Shown here in pieces: positions 58,173 through 64,000 of a stretch of 64,000 nucleotides of DNA; position 1 is the stretch's first letter; the number at the start of each line of letters is the position of its first letter. The notes under the pieces are model-generated. The model saw nothing but the letters and a program-made list of their open reading frames with translations, had not been told where the DNA came from and did not search any database. Source of the DNA: Opitutales bacterium (GTDB lineage Bacteria; Verrucomicrobiota; Verrucomicrobiia; Opitutales; UBA2987); the NCBI GenBank assembly GCA_965226885.1, contig CBDDEL010000013.1:32001-96000 (forward strand), read 5' to 3'. Made by a program: the position numbers and the translations under genes.

Positions 58173-59119
58173 TTATCTACCCTCACGTACTTTTGGTTGA
58201 CGTAGGTTAACAAGAGGATGATGATAAACATAACGATCCCCAGCGCGCAGGCGTAACCCATTTCGGTTTCCTTGTCGTAAAAGGCTTTTCGAAACATGTA
58301 GAGGCCCGGAACGAGGCCCGCTCCTCCGGGTCCGCCGGTATTGCCGAGGAGCACGAGGACCAGGCCGTAATCCTTGATCGTCCCGATTATCATGAGGACA
58401 AGATTGATGCGAACCTGGGTCAGAATGAGGGGCAGCTCGACGCTCCAGAAGGTTCGGAAAGGCCCGGCGCCGTCGATCTTGGCTGCGGCATAAACATCAT
58501 CGGAAATGCCTGAGAGTCCCGAAAGGTAAATTAACACCCCGATAGTTCCCACCCAGGGAAAGCCCCAGAGAATGAGCGAAGGCAAAATGAGTTCGGGTCT
58601 GCCGAGCCAGGCCGGGCTGGTTCCTTCCACAAACACGGCCCATTGGAACAGGCCATCGATGTAAATGAGGACTTCCATCAGGCGGGTAAACTCGAGAAAA
58701 GTGTTCAATATGCCGAAATTGGGATCGAAGAAATATTTCCAGATCAAAATCATAACGATTGCCGGAATGATAAGAGGAATGACAAAGAGAACCTGGTAGA
58801 AATAACCGAATCTGGCACTTTTGAGGCGGTGGATGGCGACCGCCACGGCAATAGACGGTATCATTTTAAAGAGATTGGCGACGACGAGAATGGAAACAAT
58901 GAAGTAACCATATCTGACGTAAGGATCGGTAAACGCTCTGCGATAATTGTCGAAACCAATGAACTCCTTTATATAACCGCCGTCCCAATTGAAAAAAGAA
59001 TAATAGATGGCTCCCCAGGCCGGGAAATAGGCGAAAGTGAGAAGCAGGGTCAGGCTGGGCAGAACCCACAAGTAAACCTGCCAATGGAACCTCAGTTGTC
59101 TTATGCCGACCTGCTTCAT
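58169..59119 (-). CDS. Carbohydrate ABC transporter permease (MalF-like)
   Basis: 'FIGFDNY', 'YAAAKIDGA', 'MGYACALG'. Confidence 0.92.
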   Translation of the reverse strand: MKQVGIRQLRFHWQVYLWVLPSLTLLLTFAYFPAWGAIYYSFFNWDGGYIKEFIGFDNYRRAFTDPYVRYGYFIVSILVVANLFKMIPSIAVAVAIHRLKSARFGYFYQVLFVIPLIIPAIVMILIWKYFFDPNFGILNTFLEFTRLMEVLIYIDGLFQWAVFVEGTSPAWLGRPELILPSLILWGFPWVGTIGVLIYLSGLSGISDDVYAAAKIDGAGPFRTFWSVELPLILTQVRINLVLMIIGTIKDYGLVLVLLGNTGGPGGAGLVPGLYMFRKAFYDKETEMGYACALGIVMFIIILLLTYVNQKYVRVDK

Positions 59120-61686
59120 AAATCACCTGGAAGTTTGCGCATTATCGACAATATTTTTTCATTGGGAGGTATGGGAAACAACTCGACCGGCAATTGGCTT
59201 CGAGGTGGAAACGAATACGTTCCATTTTTGATTTGCTCGTGAACATATTGCCGATAGGTGAACACATGCCCAAAAAATGCCTGAATGACTTGCACTCCCA
59301 ACTGATATGGGGTACCCGTTCCCATGGTCTGCCCCGGTTTCATTTGACCGGCTTCTTCGAACAACAGTTTCACTCGCGAACGGGCCAGATTGCGCTCTCT
59401 TCCAACATTCTCTTTTTTGCTGATGGCGTCGCGCTGCACCATGAGCCATTCCTCTCCCTTGGTGACCCACAGGTGCATAAAATCATCCATATACTCATCG
59501 AAGGAAAGCTGGCCTCCAAGGTACAGAAAGAAATTCTGGTCGAAATACAGTTCGATATCTGGTGCCGTTAGATAATCGAGAAAACTCGATACTCCCTGAT
59601 CAACCGGAGCGAATATTTTCAACTCATCTTTGGTTTTGGCATTGCGAATGGCGGGATACCAGTCGAGTTGCCGGCAAAACCACTCGTTGTTGCGAACCGA
59701 CGTGCAGAACTTCATGAAGTCCAGTGCGATATCTTTATTATAGCTTGACTTGGAAAGGCCGAAAAGAAACTTGGTGATCGGCTCCTCCCAGGTCTGGCCC
59801 ATAAAGTATTTGCCGTATTTGGGATCGTTTTCATCCGGTAGGGGCATGCGGAAAGCTCCGACGTCGAACTTGGCCGTTTGATTATAAAGGACGAAGTCAT
59901 AAGTCATGCCCAAAACCATGGCCGCCCGCTGGCGGACGAAGAGAAAGCGCACCTGATCGGCCATATCGCTAATAAACCCGGGCTGGAAGTTTTGCGCCAG
60001 TTCTCGCTGTAGATCGTATGCGGACCTTAATCGTGCCGTTTTCAGGTTGAGTGTGCCGGTTTGCAAACCCCACAGCAATCCCTGCGAGGTGGGGCCGGCC
60101 CCGGCATTGACATCGTAGGGGATCAGCATTCCGCCGGTAAAACTTTGGGTAGTGTATTAAGTAGGAATGGTGGCTAATTCTTGATTATATTGATGAATGA
60201 AAAGTCTCAGACAGGTTTCATGCATACTCTTAAGCTTGGAAAAGGAGAGGGTTTTGCGTGTGAAACGACCCAGTCGTTGGCGCAGGGTATTGTTCCATCG
60301 TTCCACATGGGCCGTTTCACCGGTTTCTTTTCCCACGGATCGGTTATGAGGAAAGACTTCATCATAAGTGCTCCAAAAGTCGCTGTAGGTGGCACATCTT
60401 TTGTAGGCCCGTGGCAGACGCTCGTAAAGTTCCCGGCAACGATACCAATCCCGAGGCCCAATGGCATAGGAGAGGATTTGACGGGTGCGTCGGCAAAGAG
60501 CGATCCAAACCCATTGGGCATCGCTCTTGCGCCCCACAAAAGACCACAGTTCGTCCAGTTCAATGACATCATGGCGGCGGGCCGCAAGAATCGTGCTTTT
60601 GAGCGGTCGCAGCGATTGTCGTTTTTTTTAACCAACTCAAAACGGTGTTGGGACTCACCCCGAAGGCGCGCTGTAAACCGCGTAGACTGCTGCGTTCCTG
60701 ATAGACTCGAAGGATCATTTCTTTTTGCTCTTCGGTGTATTTCACTGTGGGGTTTTCGCGGCTTTGTTTACCACAATCATGGCAGCGGTAGCGCTGTTTA
60801 TGGTTGGGCGTCTTGCCAAATTTAATGATATTTTCACTTCCACAGTGCCGACAATTAATAATTTTAGTAACCATGCACTAAGAATAAACTGCCTAACGCT
60901 ATTTGTACAGCTAAAAATACAAAATAACATTCTTTTTTTATACACTACCAAACTTTGCAGGTAGTAATTATGAAAACTGTTCTGTTTGACGTCTTCACGC
61001 GTCACCGCGATTGGAAAAATCTTTTCTCCTTTCTGGCGGGCATATTCTTTGATGGCCGCGCAGATTTCCATCCAATGCTGAAAATTCCTCGGCGGCGCAT
61101 CGCTGCCGGTTGCTTCTCTAAAAAGATCTTTGTTGTAGAAAATTCGAACGGTTTCGACCGTCAAAGGAATGCCATAAAACTCCAGCAGGGAATAAAAATA
61201 TCCTCCTTCCATGCCGTCGGTATAGGTATTGCGCCAGGGAACGCCTTCCATGCCGGTGCCGGCATTGTAGGGATTAACTTCACCCACTCGCGATGTCAGC
61301 ACTTCCTGAAACCTGGAGGCCATGGTCCAGTTGCCCCGTTCCTCGAGTTGAAAGAGGTCCGGGGTGGTTCTTCCGATCTGCTGGGTGTTCAGCCACTGTT
61401 GATAGGCGCGTTTGGGAACGGATTGAATGATTATTCTTACCTCGGGATGCAATTCCTCATAATCGCGCGCCAATTTATTGAACGCTTCCATTACGTTCTC
61501 TTCACTCAGAAAATGCGCGAGGCGGATGACGATCCGATCTCCGTCTTCCTCATCCGGCTGGTCGCTTTGTATTTTAATTACGTGATATATGGAAACGACA
61601 TAAGAGGCCAAAAGAAGGAAGAGGCCGAAAACAAGAAAAGGTGAGAGGGTTCGCCTGTGTTCCTTTGCTGGCAGCTTCGAATTCAT
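59116..61686 (-). pseudogene. Large ABC sugar-binding protein interrupted by IS1
   Basis: N-terminal TM; 'YEELHPEV.I', 'PDLF', 'YGIP......IFYNKDLF'. Removing the IS plus one TSD gives 587 codons (…YYLQSFTGGMLIP…). Confidence 0.87.
60148..60949 (-). mobile_element. IS1-family type A, copy 5
   Basis: 802 bp; TSD AAACTTTG. Confidence 0.96.
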
Positions 61687-61737
61687 TTGCGGTAATTTTT
61701 AAAAAAAATGAACAACCCGTTATTGTGGTGGAGGGGA

Positions 61738-62688
61738 TTAGCCTTTTGACCTATTATTCAAATAACGATTTATCCTTTCTATCATTTCTTTGGCTGGAAG
61801 CGACTCGCGTCCGGTTGGTGATTCGTTGACGATTTTCTCGAACCAGGGGAGCGCTTCCTCGACCCGATTAAGCCGCATGAAATTCATGGCTGTGTGCCAG
61901 AAATCTTCCGGCCAACGGTAGGGGTCTTCCATCCGCAAAGTGCTGTTGGCGACAGAGTGGGGCAGGCTCTTTTCATAATCCTGCAGGCAGGCGAAATAAA
62001 AATAACCCACCCGATAGTGCATGCTTCCCACCAGGGGGTTGTCAGGGTATTTTTCAATATGTTTTTCGAGGACGGAAAGACCCGCCTGGATTTCTGTAGG
62101 ATCGATGATTTTTCCCAAATAGGTATCGGCCAGGCGGAGAGCGGTTTCGTGAATGGCGAGGCTTTTTGGGTAATTGCGGAGAAGTCGTTGATAATGCCGC
62201 CTGGCCTCCAGTTTGCCCTCTAGCGCATAAACATTCTCCATTATGCCAAGCTCCAGGAGAGCCCAGGCGGCGGCGCTGTTTTGCGTGTATGCTTCCACCA
62301 GTTGGTTAAAATATTCCCTGGCCTCGTTTTTATCTTCCTTCGTCTGGCTGTAGCGGTAACAGAGCCCGAGACCGTAAAGAGCCTGTACTCGGTCGCTTTC
62401 GGCGGCATTTGGGGCATTGTTGACGCGCTCGAACAGGTCAATGGCTTCCGCCATATTGAGCGATCCAAAAGCATTCCAAGCTATTTTCAAATCTTCAGAG
62501 AACCGCCCCGCAGCTTGGCGTTCGCTCATCAAAACCACGTATTCACGTTGGCGCCGGAGTTTGTCTGTCTGCTGGGAATCGGAAGCGGATGCCGGCAAAC
62601 CTGCCCACAGGGCCAGAGCCGATAAAAGGATTGGAATGAGAAATCTGGGAATGCCTGTCAATTTACTGCCCAACTGTAAGATTTGCAT
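61738..62688 (-). CDS. Exported tetratricopeptide-repeat protein
   Basis: Signal peptide; TPR-like units 'ALYGLGLCY', 'A..YF..LV..Y', 'YQRLLRNYPKS', 'HIEKYPDN'. Confidence 0.8.
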   Translation of the reverse strand: MQILQLGSKLTGIPRFLIPILLSALALWAGLPASASDSQQTDKLRRQREYVVLMSERQAAGRFSEDLKIAWNAFGSLNMAEAIDLFERVNNAPNAAESDRVQALYGLGLCYRYSQTKEDKNEAREYFNQLVEAYTQNSAAAWALLELGIMENVYALEGKLEARRHYQRLLRNYPKSLAIHETALRLADTYLGKIIDPTEIQAGLSVLEKHIEKYPDNPLVGSMHYRVGYFYFACLQDYEKSLPHSVANSTLRMEDPYRWPEDFWHTAMNFMRLNRVEEALPWFEKIVNESPTGRESLPAKEMIERINRYLNNRSKG

Positions 62689-62707
62689 CCTTTTCCAATT
62701 TCATGAT

Positions 62708-64000
62708 TCAGGTAAACGTCCATGTTGGAGAATACTCCCGGTCGTAAGTAATTTCTGAATAATAGACCCCGCAGGCGTCAATTTCTTCCTGGGTGGTGAT
62801 ACCCTTGAAATTGCCGATGGAGTATTCGCGCGGCAAGATTGCCCGTGTGCGGACAAAATAGGTGGCATAACCGCTCCGACCCCCCGGGTGCGGAAGCAGG
62901 CGGCAAAAATGCATCGAGGGAGCGTGTTTTTCCGGAATTGGCAACCCCTCCTTTATGCTGTCGAAAACAATATTGGAGTGAGTCACCGAGAAATTATCAT
63001 CGGGATCGATATCGAGGACGTTTAAGGGTATTCGTCTTCGAAAAATATGCTGGTAGGGCGAATTGCGTTGATCGGTCGTAAAAACGCGGACCACGCCATC
63101 GGGGAACCTATAAACGGTCCGGGGGCAGTGGCTGCCGACCTCCTCGGAGAGGATCAGTTCGGGTTTCCAATTGAAGAGATCGTTGGTGCGAAACCAGGCG
63201 ATTCCGTAATCCTTTCCTCCCAGGCGAGCGGCAAAGAGCCAGTCCCCGTTATAAGAGACGATGGAGCCTTCCCCGATGGACCGGTTGGGCGGTCCTTTGA
63301 GTTGCGGACCCGATTCCACCCAATCATAGATTCCTGTCTCCTGGTTCCACCGGTATTTAACCGGCACGCAGACCCCGCCCCAATGTTGGGCGTGGACCCA
63401 TTCGGAGCGATCCTCGTTATATGCCACAGGAGCGACAAAAGAATGGTTCATGTGGCGAAGTTCTTCGTGCGAACAGAGGGCCTCGCCGGTTTCATAACCT
63501 TTCTGGCGCAAACTCTTGAGCGGTTGCACTATCTCAATGTCGTCTTCCTTTTCATTTAAGCGAATCTGCACCCAAACGCAACGGTGGCTGCCCTCCGGCG
63601 TCGGCATTTCCTGGTTTTGCCAGAGGTAATTGGTTTCCGGGTCGAGGACTCGCGCATGGTTGCCCCAAGCCACCGCGAATACGCCCTCGTGGGGAACTCG
63701 CCGACCGTTGACGAGAGCCCCCTTGGGCACTCCGAAGGCTATCGAGTGATTCCCCTGCCTGACAAATTTTCCGCCGTCTCCAAGTGGGTCCCAGTCGTCG
63801 ATGGATTTTTCCAGGTATCCCTCGGCCAGGACTTCGCCGTCCGGCCTGTCCTTGCGCAATTGGTAAACCACGCTGCAATTATCGTCCACCCCGCGGAATC
63901 CGCGCGTTTCATAGACAACAAACCAGCGATCCCGGCTGACCTGGATAGTGTTGTGCTGCGCTGGAACGCGCTGGTCTGCCTTGGTCTCACCTTCCAGGCG
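62708..64000 (-). CDS. Hypothetical protein, possibly a beta-propeller glycoside hydrolase-like fold (5' end outside window)
   Basis: Frame is open from the window end; Trp- and beta-rich with 'GEGSIV...DWLFAAR'; upstream of the sugar ABC locus. Confidence 0.6.
   Translation of the reverse strand, partial: RLEGETKADQRVPAQHNTIQVSRDRWFVVYETRGFRGVDDNCSVVYQLRKDRPDGEVLAEGYLEKSIDDWDPLGDGGKFVRQGNHSIAFGVPKGALVNGRRVPHEGVFAVAWGNHARVLDPETNYLWQNQEMPTPEGSHRCVWVQIRLNEKEDDIEIVQPLKSLRQKGYETGEALCSHEELRHMNHSFVAPVAYNEDRSEWVHAQHWGGVCVPVKYRWNQETGIYDWVESGPQLKGPPNRSIGEGSIVSYNGDWLFAARLGGKDYGIAWFRTNDLFNWKPELILSEEVGSHCPRTVYRFPDGVVRVFTTDQRNSPYQHIFRRRIPLNVLDIDPDDNFSVTHSNIVFDSIKEGLPIPEKHAPSMHFCRLLPHPGGRSGYATYFVRTRAILPREYSIGNFKGITTQEEIDACGVYYSEITYDREYSPTWTFT

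Overview
Bacterial window, probably from Verrucomicrobiota (Opitutales-like); this is inferred from a Minf_1886-like gene, a Verru_Chthon-A-like minor pilin and the surface-protein architecture. Housekeeping genes are intact: pheT 3' end, gatCAB, an M16 peptidase and truA. Around them is a large IS expansion: 6 IS1-family copies of two types, 6 IS1380-family copies (four in a nested tandem array), a decayed IS21, an IS3/IS407-type element and an apparent ~274-bp MITE. Accessory loci are being pseudogenised. These include a PilX/GspK-like gene hit four times, a BNR/sialidase-like gene, and a 5'-truncated PilN/O/P-like plus secretin operon followed by two giant acidic RCC1/CARDB-repeat proteins that share a C-terminal domain. 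A sugar ABC transporter / DegT aminotransferase / DHDPS-family aldolase / LarA-family racemase locus is also partly broken. Best candidates for new biology: (i) the secretin operon paired with giant proteins carrying a shared C-terminal putative sorting domain; (ii) the self-targeting, array-forming IS1380; (iii) the LarA-containing sugar-acid pathway; (iv) a mutational signature of short tandem duplications. All family assignments come from motif recognition only, with no database searches.
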